The translations under genes were made by a program, and so were the position numbers. Positions 48,855 through 58,664 of a stretch of DNA of 64,000 nt are shown here, piece after piece (position 1 is the first letter of the stretch; each line of letters starts with the position of its first letter). This DNA is from a virus. The stretch lies in the IMG/VR virus record IMGVR_UViG_3300036390_000001, positions 1-64,000 of that record; one strand, written 5' to 3'. The notes under the pieces were generated by a model. That model saw nothing but the letters and a program-made list of their open reading frames with translations. It was not told where the DNA came from and did no database searches.

Positions 48855-49202
48855 ATGGATAGCAAAATTTTTTATCGTATTGAAGAGTTAGCGCTATTGA
48901 TTGAAAAATTCCGCGCGCTTGATGGCAAAGACCAAGAGTGGTTGCGCGATTTATTCAAAGGCGACCGCACGATTATCTCATGTTTAGAAATTCTTGATTT
49001 AATTGAGAATAAATCTTTGAGTTATTACGAATTAGCGAATATCATGGGATGCTCGCCGGAAACGGTTAAGCAGAAGCTCAATGCCATGATATCTGGGGGA
49101 ATTGCTATAAATCAATCGCGCAGGAAGTACAAGGCGCCGCGCGGTGGCAGACCAAGAAAGCTTTGTAATAAACCTTCGGATACGAAGGTGAGTGTTTTAT
49201 AG
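48855..49202 (+). CDS. HTH protein
   Basis: LSY.ELA.IMG.S.ETV.Q.L; GGRP. Confidence 0.6.
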   Translation: MDSKIFYRIEELALLIEKFRALDGKDQEWLRDLFKGDRTIISCLEILDLIENKSLSYYELANIMGCSPETVKQKLNAMISGGIAINQSRRKYKAPRGGRPRKLCNKPSDTKVSVL

Positions 49203-49301
49203 CAAACCTGAATAATATAAGCGCAAGCGCTGAAACCCTTGTAACTGCGTAGTTAAAGTGTTTTAGCACTAATTTTTGTTTGGGATGCGGGCGCCGTTGT
49301 T

Positions 49302-49637
49302 CTAATTTTGATTATTAATACCTTCCCAGTCTTTGCAAAATATTCCAGGCGCGCCTTCTGGGTGTACCGCGCAGTTAATGCCGCATTGTCCGTGGTAAAA
49401 TTTGCAACCAATACAGGCGCGCGGTTTTATCATTGAGCGCGGTGAGTCGAACTCTTCTATCAGTATTTCCAAGAGGGAGAAGCAGCCACCAACGATTAGG
49501 CAGGCGCCTCCAATAGACAGCGTGCTTACAGCGAGGTCGCGCTTAAAGTTGCTGTTTGGTAGTAGTAAGGAGATGGCGCCGATTATTGTAATTGCGGCGC
49601 CGAACCATGTCATTTTTGTAGTGGGTTCTTTGTACAT
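49302..49637 (-). CDS. Membrane protein with Cys-rich C-terminus (DUF6464-like)
   Basis: Two TM helices; C.GC.FY.....CAVHP.G....C.DWE. Confidence 0.6.
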   Translation of the reverse strand: MYKEPTTKMTWFGAAITIIGAISLLLPNSNFKRDLAVSTLSIGGACLIVGGCFSLLEILIEEFDSPRSMIKPRACIGCKFYHGQCGINCAVHPEGAPGIFCKDWEGINNQN

Positions 49638-49678
49638 TGTTCTGTTTGTCCGGGGATGCGGGCACCGATGTTGTTAAC

Positions 49679-49900
49679 TCACTGATGCATTGCCCATTGT
49701 TGCGCTGCCCATTGTTTTGTTTTCTCGCTAGCATGAGCTAAAGCCTGCCACTGCTCAAGGGTAAATTCCTCTTCGCTGAATATCTTCCGCATCGTGTTGG
49801 CAATGTAGCCCGGATGATTTTCATTGACGCGCGCCACTTCTTTCAAAACAGCGAGAGTTGTTTTAAAGTTCAGTTGCTCAAGCGCTACGATTTCACTCAT
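49679..49900 (-). CDS. Hypothetical protein
   Basis: AAGGA RBS. Confidence 0.5.
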   Translation of the reverse strand: MSEIVALEQLNFKTTLAVLKEVARVNENHPGYIANTMRKIFSEEEFTLEQWQALAHASEKTKQWAAQQWAMHQ

Positions 49901-49959
49901 ATTTTTCCTTGCGTTACGTGGTGTTTATAACTTTGCTTGGGATACGGGGCGCCTTTGTT

Positions 49960-50250
49960 TTAAGCTGCCTCTTCACGCAGGCGCCGAATTTCCTCTTCTA
50001 GTCGCTCTTGAACTCGGCGCTCTATTATTTCATCTATTTTTTCTACTACATAGTCCGCGCGCGTGAAAGGCTTTGAAAGGAATGTATATTCTTGAAGAAC
50101 ATTTGTGCAATTTTCCATCAACAAGCTGTAATCGTGAAGCTCGCGCGCGACTTTGTCTAATATTAAATTGCCGCCTTCATCGCATACCAAGCGCTTCCAC
50201 TCTTTTTCAAAAACTCCCATATAATCGCTCTCAGCATATTTATTTTGCAT
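49960..50250 (-). CDS. Hypothetical phage protein
   Basis: AAGGAG RBS; V.RELHDY motif. Confidence 0.55.
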   Translation of the reverse strand: MQNKYAESDYMGVFEKEWKRLVCDEGGNLILDKVARELHDYSLLMENCTNVLQEYTFLSKPFTRADYVVEKIDEIIERRVQERLEEEIRRLREEAA

Positions 50251-50571
50251 GATTAATTCTCCTTGTCCAACCTTGTTTTAATTTAGATAAATACTCTTGA
50301 TTATTCGCGCTTTCAAGCACGGGATTATTAAAATCGTATTTCCAATTGCGCCTGTGATGGGCGCCTTCTTTGTGCCTGCGTGAATGATGCAATTTACACA
50401 GTGGGAAAATATGTACTCCTGGTATTTCTCGCCCAGCTATGGCGCCGCGCTCATCAGAGTAAAGTGCGTGGTGCGCTTCGATTGCGGGAGAGTGGCAGCC
50501 AGGGTAACAGCATTTATGGTTTGTAAGGCGCCTGCATTCCCTTGAAGTTTCGCTCCAGTTGGGCGCGTATC

Positions 50572-52047
50572 TTACACTGAAATCCCAAACTTTTTTAGTA
50601 GGTCTTTCCTGCCTCCTTGCTTTAGTGCGGTTATTATGGCGCCTTTAATTTGGTTAAAAATTTCGTCATCAGTAATATTTAAATCTTCTTTAATAAAATT
50701 ATCGAGTGTTTTATTAGAGGCTTCCAACTTTGCTATTACTAGATTTGTTTGCTCATTAGTTCTTGATGTTAATTGCGCCCTTTCCTCGTCTGTAAGCGCA
50801 TCGCTTTGTCCAGGTCGTTGTAAAAATTCGCGCTTATCTCTATTATAGCCAGAGTAATTTTCAAGCTCTGGGACTGGTATCCACTTATTTAATCCCCCAT
50901 GAAACATGCATCTTTTTACGGGAGAGATGGCGCAAAGCTTGAGCATTTCGTTGGTGGATATTTTAGCATCTTGGGGTATTACATTTGCCTGAAGAATCAA
51001 CTCTGTTTCGCTCATTGATTCATCTTTAGCAATTAAGAAGGGAGTAAAAATTGCTTTATCCCCTCCGCTTAATTTAAGGCTATCACCGTGTCCATTTTGT
51101 GAAGCAAGGAATATTTTGATACCTGAACTATCTCCACTTGAACCATATCTTGATAATTTCCCAATCCACCATTGTATTGGCTTTGCTCCTAGTTCTTTAT
51201 CCTTTGGTAACTCTGACAAGCTAGAATTTAGTGCGGCTAATTCATTACATGCAAGGACTTTAAACCCAGTTCCCGCATCAAACTCATCATACTCTTTGAT
51301 GACTTTTTTAAGCCACTCAAAAACGTCTTTAGCGCTAGATTTGAATACTGCTTTGCGGTAGAGCTTGTCAATAACACCTTGAAAGTAACCAGTTTCTTTT
51401 GGTTCATCTTTACAGTCAAGCATGAAGATTGTTGCTTTGTCGCCATGCAATGCTTTAATGTCACGATACAAATGGGATAAGAAAAAATCTTTGCCGCTTC
51501 CAGGAACCCCATAAACTATGATTCTGGGTGAATTTTTAGCCAAATCTTTTGTAAGGTCTGTTGGGAGTTCCTCCTTGAATTCTATTGACTCTGTATCAAC
51601 AACGACTTCTAATTTATTCGTTAATTGATTCGGCTGCTTGCTACCCTCAATTAGTTCCGGCGCCTCTACGTCCAAATAATCAAGCGCGGCATCGCTAAAT
51701 TGATACTCTTCTTCTGCCGCATACTTTAATTCTTCTAGAATTGCCTCGCGCCCAACCTGTCGTGCATAGCTTCTAAAATCAGAGCCTTCCAGTACATGGG
51801 CGAGACAACCTTTGCGAACTGCCTCGAAATTATTCTCTTGGCTTCGCCCTTTCTCAAAAGCCGAAAACAGTACGTAACCAAGCACTAATGCACCAGTCAA
51901 GGGGTTGGACATAACTCCAACCACAAGCGCGACTGCCGCGCCTCCAAAAAAATGCGCCTGTAGTCCGTTGTTGCCAACACGAGCTAAGGCGACTTGCTTC
52001 CATTCCTTTGGGTCTTTATATGTTTCCTCAACATTAAAGCTTGACAT
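50572..52047 (-). CDS. Membrane-anchored FtsK/HerA/VirD4-like P-loop ATPase
   Basis: N-terminal TM helices; Walker A GVPGSGK; MLDCK; Walker B-like LACNE; FLASQ. Confidence 0.7.
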   Translation of the reverse strand: MSSFNVEETYKDPKEWKQVALARVGNNGLQAHFFGGAAVALVVGVMSNPLTGALVLGYVLFSAFEKGRSQENNFEAVRKGCLAHVLEGSDFRSYARQVGREAILEELKYAAEEEYQFSDAALDYLDVEAPELIEGSKQPNQLTNKLEVVVDTESIEFKEELPTDLTKDLAKNSPRIIVYGVPGSGKDFFLSHLYRDIKALHGDKATIFMLDCKDEPKETGYFQGVIDKLYRKAVFKSSAKDVFEWLKKVIKEYDEFDAGTGFKVLACNELAALNSSLSELPKDKELGAKPIQWWIGKLSRYGSSGDSSGIKIFLASQNGHGDSLKLSGGDKAIFTPFLIAKDESMSETELILQANVIPQDAKISTNEMLKLCAISPVKRCMFHGGLNKWIPVPELENYSGYNRDKREFLQRPGQSDALTDEERAQLTSRTNEQTNLVIAKLEASNKTLDNFIKEDLNITDDEIFNQIKGAIITALKQGGRKDLLKKFGISV

Positions 52048-52762
52048 TGCTAGAACCCTTCAAAAACTTGTATAACATCCAAACGCTAATCAGTACATGT
52101 ACGACAATCTCTACAGCGAATAGCGTGCTGATTACTCCAAATAAATTTGCAGTGTTGATTCGGCGCCACTGCCCTAATAAAAGTAAACTTACTGCCTTAT
52201 CCCAACTAACGCCAGGAATAAGTGGGTAATACCAACAACAGATAGCTAAATCGATTAAATAGGCGCCAATGCAATACAGCCACATCTGTCTCAAGAATCC
52301 ATCAATAAAATTATTAAGGGTCTTCTTGGCTGATTTTATTGTTACCCCGTCGTTGTCTTTAATAGCTACATATCCATTGCTATCAGACGCGGAAACAACT
52401 GCCTCAAGAAATCCATGATGGCGCCACAATACTCCAGGCAGGACTTCAACTATCTGAACAGGCAGCCAAATCATAAAGGCGCCTATCCACACAGTTGCAT
52501 TGCCCAAAGTTCGGAAAAGGTTTCCAATTAGCGGCAACCACAGAACAAATGCCATGAAGCCATTCTTAACAAACTCGGCACCTGCGTTGTCGAGTAAAGC
52601 TTTGTATGGCGCGATGTTCATTGCTGCGAACCAAACAAGCGCGGCGCCTGCACCCGCATAAAGGCAAAGGATAAAAATATCCAGTAGTCCAAAAGATTTA
52701 CCGCGCTTGCGTTTACTGCCAAATCCAGTTTGCATTATTGCTCCTTGATGGGTGTATTCCAA
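52034..52762 (-). CDS. Multi-pass membrane protein
   Basis: About four TM segments; coupled to the ATPase gene. Confidence 0.7.
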   Translation of the reverse strand: MEYTHQGAIMQTGFGSKRKRGKSFGLLDIFILCLYAGAGAALVWFAAMNIAPYKALLDNAGAEFVKNGFMAFVLWLPLIGNLFRTLGNATVWIGAFMIWLPVQIVEVLPGVLWRHHGFLEAVVSASDSNGYVAIKDNDGVTIKSAKKTLNNFIDGFLRQMWLYCIGAYLIDLAICCWYYPLIPGVSWDKAVSLLLLGQWRRINTANLFGVISTLFAVEIVVHVLISVWMLYKFLKGSSNVKL

Positions 52763-53262
52763 TAAACGCGCGCTTTTGACCCAGCTATGCGCCGAATATT
52801 TTTATCAACTAATTCCTTTGAACCTCCCGCTGCAATATCCAGCGCCACAGGAGTTCCTTCTTGATTTTCTCTGAGTATTGCGGTTTCGCCGTTGGCACCT
52901 ACTACACAAGTCCCTGCTACCAAGTACGATTTATTCGTGCGGTCACGAACTGGTGCCGCTTTTTGTAAAGGCACGAGGTTGAAGTAAGTAAACTCACCAA
53001 CCTTCTTGGAGTTGGGGTCAACCACTGGAATACAACCGCGCGATAGTCGAGCATCTGCTATTTTTGCTTGCTCGGCAAGGTTATCTTCGCTCATCTCCAA
53101 CATAGTTTGGTAATTGGCTTGCCTCTCTAGCTCAATACGCATGTTCTCCATATTGGTCATGTTCCGCGCAATACCTTTGTGGTTAAGTGCAAGCGAACCA
53201 ACAATTAAGGTGCCGAATATTATCCTTGACTTATTGCGGCGCCAAAATCTATTCCTCATCAC
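52735..53262 (-). CDS. Membrane-anchored protein
   Basis: N-terminal TM, coiled coil, two Cys. Confidence 0.65.
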   Translation of the reverse strand: MMRNRFWRRNKSRIIFGTLIVGSLALNHKGIARNMTNMENMRIELERQANYQTMLEMSEDNLAEQAKIADARLSRGCIPVVDPNSKKVGEFTYFNLVPLQKAAPVRDRTNKSYLVAGTCVVGANGETAILRENQEGTPVALDIAAGGSKELVDKNIRRIAGSKARVYWNTPIKEQ

Positions 53263-53915
53263 TACCTCCCGCTGTACTTTTGTACCAAAGCCTTTACCAA
53301 CCCCTTTGAGTCTTTCGCGGTAACAGGCGCCTTACTCAATTCCTTACCCGCTGACACTTCTGCTAAAAATGCAGTTGGGTCGAAGTCTGTAATTTCTTCT
53401 TGATATGCCTTGGCGTGGTTAGCCGTTTTAAAATCATCAATACCGTACTCTGTGAGAATTTTATTTAAGGCGCCGTGGTCATTAAGTAACCTAAATAGCG
53501 CCTCTGATTGCTGAGTGTTTAACCCTGCTTGCTGCCGAAGGTAATCAAATTCCAACTGCGCGCGCGTCTTCTCTGTGGCCGCTACTTCCAATTGATGAAG
53601 CGCAACGCCTCTGGTTATGCCGCGCTCTAAAAATACTTGTACTATGTTTTCGACGGCGCCGGGGTTCACAGTAATTCCTCTTTCTTCTGCGATGTCAACT
53701 GCTAATGATGAGGTTAGCGCGCGCTGTTTATCAAACGCTTCTACCACCACCTCGAACACACTTTCTAATTGCTCGGTTATATGGTCGCTAAATTCGGCGC
53801 CTTGCGGGTTTACCGTTGTGTCATATTTAGCCAACTCGGTGAGCGCTTTTTCTACAGTTGGCGCCTCGTATCTATCCGCAAAATATTCAAATAACTCTTG
53901 GCGTGTAAAGCTCAT
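53262..53915 (-). CDS. Coiled-coil hypothetical protein
   Basis: Same operon. Confidence 0.65.
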   Translation of the reverse strand: MSFTRQELFEYFADRYEAPTVEKALTELAKYDTTVNPQGAEFSDHITEQLESVFEVVVEAFDKQRALTSSLAVDIAEERGITVNPGAVENIVQVFLERGITRGVALHQLEVAATEKTRAQLEFDYLRQQAGLNTQQSEALFRLLNDHGALNKILTEYGIDDFKTANHAKAYQEEITDFDPTAFLAEVSAGKELSKAPVTAKDSKGLVKALVQKYSGR

Positions 53916-54017
53916 TTGTCCCCCTGACTTGTGCTTGTGTCATCGATTGGCGCCTGTCCCGCTAACTGTTGAATTGCAAGTAGGAATTCTTCGTCGGTCA
54001 TGTCCTGTTGTTGTTGG

Positions 54018-54383
54018 TTATTCTGATTGCTCATGGGCGTTAATCCAGTTGTTGAATTTTTCTCTCGTTAGGTTCGGCGCCTGTTTCTTTAACCAGTCCT
54101 TTGTCTCTTGGTTGTCGCGCTTCTTACCATCACACCACCCCTTCTTTAGCGCGTGAATAATCGCCAAGATAAAACGTTGATAATTGTCAAGAAACTTTGA
54201 TTTTTGGTACTCCTTGAGAATTGGGAACACGAGACGAATAATCCCTGACTCCCATCTCCAGATTGAAGTGCGGTCACGACCAAGAACTAATGCCCATTCT
54301 TCGCGCGATTGGTAAAAATCCTTGAAATAGGCGCCGAGACTGCTTTTTGATTCCAATATTTCTAATATTTTTTCATGCTGCAT
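54018..54383 (-). CDS. HTH DNA-binding protein
   Basis: SREEWA.VLG.DR.SIWRWE. Confidence 0.6.
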   Translation of the reverse strand: MQHEKILEILESKSSLGAYFKDFYQSREEWALVLGRDRTSIWRWESGIIRLVFPILKEYQKSKFLDNYQRFILAIIHALKKGWCDGKKRDNQETKDWLKKQAPNLTREKFNNWINAHEQSE

Positions 54384-54510
54384 TTTTGCTCTACTAGTGT
54401 GGAAGTTAATTACAGTGCGCTTGAATCATGTTGCTGTCGCGTTGCAATACATTGATATTAGAAAACCTCCCACTGGGAGGCTATTAACTCTGTTAATTAC
54501 TTTGGAGATG

Positions 54511-54726
54511 CTATTGGTTTGATGCGGGCGGTTCTAAACCTTGCGAGCGGATAAAGTCAAGTAGCTGTACAGTTCGGCAAACAATAGGCGAGGGCTGGCG
54601 CCTGTTCTTAGTCGATAACAAGTACATCCTATAACCCGTCTCGGTAATGCCAATTTCTACAGAAGCAGCAGTGATAGAGAGATTGTATTTGCTGCGATAC
54701 TGTTCAATATCGTCGATTTGGTTCAT
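54511..54726 (-). CDS. HTH regulator
   Basis: LS...A..EIG.....Y..Y....R.PS; GAGGA RBS. Confidence 0.6.
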   Translation of the reverse strand: MNQIDDIEQYRSKYNLSITAASVEIGITETGYRMYLLSTKNRRQPSPIVCRTVQLLDFIRSQGLEPPASNQ

Positions 54727-54866
54727 GATGGTAACGTCCTCTAGTAGTGACGGCTACTGGCTGGAAAGTCCCCAATGTTCACAGCATTGGGGGCGCCTCA
54801 ATTAAGACTGATATATTAACCAGACTTACTAAACAATGCTACCATGAGGTTACAGACCAGTAGCAA

Positions 54867-55181
54867 GTGCAGATGTGGAATCTTGATAAATTAATTGAAT
54901 CCCTGAAGTTTAGGGACGCGCTGGACAAAATCATTGATAAGCGTCCTGGTGTTTCCCGTCTGCCGGCACAGCTATACTTACGACTTATTGTCGCGTCAAT
55001 TGCTACCAACAAAGACATTAGTGGAGTCATCTCAACCGCGCTAGAGACTTATGCTATGCGAAATGAGCAAAAGCATTTTGACGAAATAAAGATAAAAGCT
55101 GCCGCCGCAGGAATGGAGTTAGAAGAGTTCTTGGCAGAAGAAGTTGTGCGGCGCATTAAAAAGGGCACCGACACGGATTAA
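54867..55181 (+). CDS. Hypothetical (RHH-like) protein
   Basis: Divergent from the HTH gene. Confidence 0.5.
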   Translation: MQMWNLDKLIESLKFRDALDKIIDKRPGVSRLPAQLYLRLIVASIATNKDISGVISTALETYAMRNEQKHFDEIKIKAAAAGMELEEFLAEEVVRRIKKGTDTD

Positions 55182-55293
55182 CCGATTCTCCTAGCTAATA
55201 GATAACGCACCTCTCTTAGAAAACAGAGGGGTGCGCGGTTGATTTAATGATTAATTTGATTTTAGTTCATGGCTATCTTGCACAGCCGTAAAG

Positions 55294-56013
55294 TTGTTTG
55301 ATCTGTTTTTGAAATTACACTCAACGCTTATGCTATTCAGAGTATCAGAGTTAACAATACACCAAATTGATCAAAATAAAGCTGGATATGTCTACATGTT
55401 AGAAGCCCAAGGAACCAAAAGGCTCAAAATAGGGCGCTCTAGGAATCCGCTAGAAAGGAACCAGCGAATAAACTGTCAATCCCCGTATCCATTAAAAATT
55501 GTTGACTCCTTTTGGACTCCAGACTCTGCCGCAGACGAAAAGTATATACATGAAAAGTTAAGTAAATATAGGGTTTATGGTGAGTACTTTGAATTTGATA
55601 GAACTTTGGAGGATTTAGACGCTGATATTGAACTGTACAAAATCAGAAAATCCAAGCATGACCAAATAGGCTATCTTGAGTTTTTGATTAATTTTGTGTC
55701 TATTGATTGGTATATCGGTGCATCCCATACACTTACTTTTTTACATTTGTACGCAAGGCAGTTCTTGTCAGACGAGTATTGTAAGTATGGCGAAATGTCT
55801 TGCAAGGAAGATTGGGATATATCATCTATATACAAAAATGCCAAAAGCATAAGTGAGCTAAAGAAAGCTCATAAGTTTATATACGAGATATTACCAAAAT
55901 ACATGGAATCACAATGTCCATACACTTGCGACAATAAAACTCGTAAGCTTCTTATTCAGTCGCTGATTTTTGGTTACATAGAGAAACTGTGCCTAGACGT
56001 GACACAAGGATAG
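55294..56013 (+). CDS. GIY-YIG / T5orf172-family nuclease (paralogue of 38165-38830)
   Basis: GYVYML...KIGRS.NP.ER...QSPYPL...FWTPD...DEK..H...RVYGEYFEFD; true start uncertain. Confidence 0.85.
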   Translation: MFDLFLKLHSTLMLFRVSELTIHQIDQNKAGYVYMLEAQGTKRLKIGRSRNPLERNQRINCQSPYPLKIVDSFWTPDSAADEKYIHEKLSKYRVYGEYFEFDRTLEDLDADIELYKIRKSKHDQIGYLEFLINFVSIDWYIGASHTLTFLHLYARQFLSDEYCKYGEMSCKEDWDISSIYKNAKSISELKKAHKFIYEILPKYMESQCPYTCDNKTRKLLIQSLIFGYIEKLCLDVTQG

Positions 56014-56135
56014 ATGTTAGTGGAAGCTTAGAACCGTGCCATATTCATTCCAAGGTTAACCAAGTGGTTAAGGTTAAATTGCCGGAATCCCGGTGATAAG
56101 ATTATTCAAAGATTGGTACGGCGCCTCAAAAGCTT

Positions 56136-56369
56136 ATGAGTAAAAACATTAACTCCATAGAAGTACACGTAGAATATTTGTTCCACTACAAATGCGGCGC
56201 CTGCAATCAGTGGTGGACGATAGCCGACAAGCTGATAAAACTAGGCGTAGCTTGCCCAGATTGTAAAACGTTGCAAAATGTTGATAAAGTGATTGCCCAT
56301 GCGGAGGCGCCTGTTGTTGATGAAATTGAGGGGGTAAGCAATGAAATTGCAGATAGGAAGCAAAGTTAG
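56136..56369 (+). CDS. Zinc-ribbon protein
   Basis: C..C.QWW...CP.C. Confidence 0.6.
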   Translation: MSKNINSIEVHVEYLFHYKCGACNQWWTIADKLIKLGVACPDCKTLQNVDKVIAHAEAPVVDEIEGVSNEIADRKQS

Positions 56370-56562
56370 GTTTTGTACACATTCTCGCGCACCCAGAGAA
56401 GCGCTGATTATTGGGGAAGTTGATGATGGGCGGGAAGCCCCAAAGTGGATAGTGAATTGCGACAATAAAGACGTAATAGGCGCTGTTTTCTATAAAGAGT
56501 CAGAAGATAACAAACATTATAACTTTGGAAATAGAGCTTTTTGGATTGAGGGTAATGAGTGA
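56341..56562 (+). CDS. Hypothetical protein
   Basis: GAGGGG RBS. Confidence 0.45.
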   Translation: MKLQIGSKVRFCTHSRAPREALIIGEVDDGREAPKWIVNCDNKDVIGAVFYKESEDNKHYNFGNRAFWIEGNE

Positions 56563-56586
56563 AATTGTATTAGAAGGCTTATACAG

Positions 56587-56811
56587 CTATCCTAAGTCCG
56601 GCGCCACTTCAGGAGACAATAATTTGTTCTCGATTGCCACTTTCCATAGCTTCTTAATAGCGCCTGTTAAAATTGGTTGAAGCTCGTCGGAATTTCTACA
56701 AAACTGATATACGCCCTCTAAGTTTATGTTGTCAATTGCAAATAGCAACTCTTGTAGTTCGTCTCCCGTTAGCTCTATTTTGTACATCTGATTTTCTGGC
56801 GTTGTGGACAT
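56587..56811 (-). CDS. Hypothetical protein
   Basis: Short ORF. Confidence 0.45.
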   Translation of the reverse strand: MSTTPENQMYKIELTGDELQELLFAIDNINLEGVYQFCRNSDELQPILTGAIKKLWKVAIENKLLSPEVAPDLG

Positions 56812-56881
56812 GGCAAATACAATACTCGGAGTCAGGGCTTGTACAATTTTAGCGGCGCCACCTTACCTTCGTATCAGAAGG

Positions 56882-57121
56882 TTAGTAATTAGAACATGTA
56901 TACCTACATACTCTAAATCCGGCGCCGATTGGCTCAACATAAATAGTGACGCGCTCGAAGAAAGTAATCCCGGCGCCTCTAAATTCAACCTGCCAGCAGT
57001 TAGCAGATTCGTTCCAGGTCGTACTGATTAAGTCAAGGGCGCCTGCGTCGAATTCTTCTATCTTCAGTTTTGCGATTGTTTCAACTGTGGTCAGGTTGGT
57101 TTCGATTGGTGTTTGCAGCAT
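56882..57121 (-). CDS. Hypothetical protein
   Basis: Short ORF with GGTGG RBS. Confidence 0.45.
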   Translation of the reverse strand: MLQTPIETNLTTVETIAKLKIEEFDAGALDLISTTWNESANCWQVEFRGAGITFFERVTIYVEPIGAGFRVCRYTCSNY

Positions 57122-57255
57122 ATTGGAAAATCGCCACCTACTCATAAGTAGCGATTAGGTATTAAGTATCAGTTATTTCAGGTATTAATATACACCATTT
57201 ATTTGGCGGCGCCAGTTAATAGCTTTATCTGCACGACCTTCTTATCCGAAGGCGA

Positions 57256-57863
57256 TGAACCACCCCACCGCACAGGCGGATAGGGTTTCTTGTTTACTGT
57301 CTGGGTTCAGTCAGACCTAATAGTCGTACTATCAGACAAGCTAACAGTCGTACCTTTACGTGAATCAAGTCGTCAACATTGTACAGTATCCGTTTCCGGG
57401 TTGTTGCTGCTTGTACCGCCTTGGGACTACTTGAATCGGGGTGGTTTTGCATTCCACTCTCAACGGGGCAATTACCGTCTCAAAACTTTCATTCTGTACG
57501 CATACACTAATGTTGACGTATATCCTTGAAGATTTTACGTACCAAAGGAAACAGCTTTTTGCTGTATTTCTTGGTACAACGCCATATCTTCAGTTTTCAA
57601 GGTTCAGATGTTAGTATTGTATCACTTGATGCGGTACAGTACAATGGCGAAACCAAGCATTTTTATTACATTCCGTGTAGTTGAGGAGGAGAAAGAAATC
57701 TTGAAAAAGTACTGTGAGCAAACGGGGCGACAACAAAGTGATGTGCTTAGAGAGTTTATTCGTTCACTTGAAAAGAAGTTACAAAAGTAAGAGGCATTGA
57801 ACCTCTGACTTTTGTGTGCTATCCATCCCCACCGTATGACGGATGGGGAATTCCGCAAGTCAG
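57256..57863 (-). mobile_element. Non-autonomous IS200/IS605-like element (no tnpA/tnpB)
   Basis: Related subterminal hairpins CCCCATCCGTCATACGGTGGGG and CCCTATCCGCCTGTGCGGTGGGG; minus-strand end ...GGTTCA. Confidence 0.65.
57644..57790 (+). CDS. CopG/RHH protein inside the IS-like element
   Basis: ITFRV.EEEKEIL..YCEQTGR.QSDVLREFIRSL. Confidence 0.8.
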   Translation: MAKPSIFITFRVVEEEKEILKKYCEQTGRQQSDVLREFIRSLEKKLQK

Positions 57864-57974
57864 TTAAAAAATAAAAACGCTGCTATAGGTGAACAGCGCT
57901 CTTTTTTCATCAGGGTGCATCTATCCAGTTGATTATAAGCGCGCTTTTTCAAAATGCCAACTCGCGTCATGTGC

Positions 57975-58493
57975 CTAAGCAGCAAGCAAATTGCCTTTAT
58001 CAAGTAGAGTCAAAACCTTCCCTTTTCTGATGCGTCCTTGGCTTTCAAGTAATTGGAATGAGCGCGTAACTGTAACGCGCGTTGCGCCAATACAAGAAGC
58101 GTACAAATCGTGAGGGGCTTTAGTAATTTCAATGCCTTCGCTGGTTACTTTGCCAATTTTTCGAGCTAAATATGTCAGCAAATTAAATAATCGCTCTTCA
58201 ACTCTTGTGCCAGTTATGCACGTAGCAAAATCAAGTGTGTCGCTAACTTGAAGTATAGGCACTGAATCAAACGAGGCGCTTTTTAACCTCACGTTATCCA
58301 GGCAAAGTAACTCAAACTCCATGCTCGCAATAGATTTTGAAATAAAATCACCTTTGCTTAAAAAGCCGATGCATTTAAACGAATCTTTGTAGGGCGCCTC
58401 AATAGCTAAGGTGCCTTCAGTTACTTGCCAACTGCGTACTTGATGATATTGAATTAAATCTCTCTTCCGAAAACAGATTTCTAGCATAGCCAT
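57975..58493 (-). CDS. Crp/Fnr-family regulator
   Basis: VEERL...L..LA...G; H...A..IGATRVTVTR....L...G.I. Confidence 0.85.
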   Translation of the reverse strand: MAMLEICFRKRDLIQYHQVRSWQVTEGTLAIEAPYKDSFKCIGFLSKGDFISKSIASMEFELLCLDNVRLKSASFDSVPILQVSDTLDFATCITGTRVEERLFNLLTYLARKIGKVTSEGIEITKAPHDLYASCIGATRVTVTRSFQLLESQGRIRKGKVLTLLDKGNLLAA

Positions 58494-58664
58494 CACGGAG
58501 ACACGTGAAATAAAGATATGCGCTCTATGTAAATGTGTCGAGCGTATATTTACCGACGTACTAAAAAAAACGTACATAACCAGTCTCGCGTTAGGTACGT
58601 TTGGCGCGCGAAGCTCGCCGGGTGGAAGATTCCGTCCGGCAGACTTCGCCTCAATCCGAAGCTA

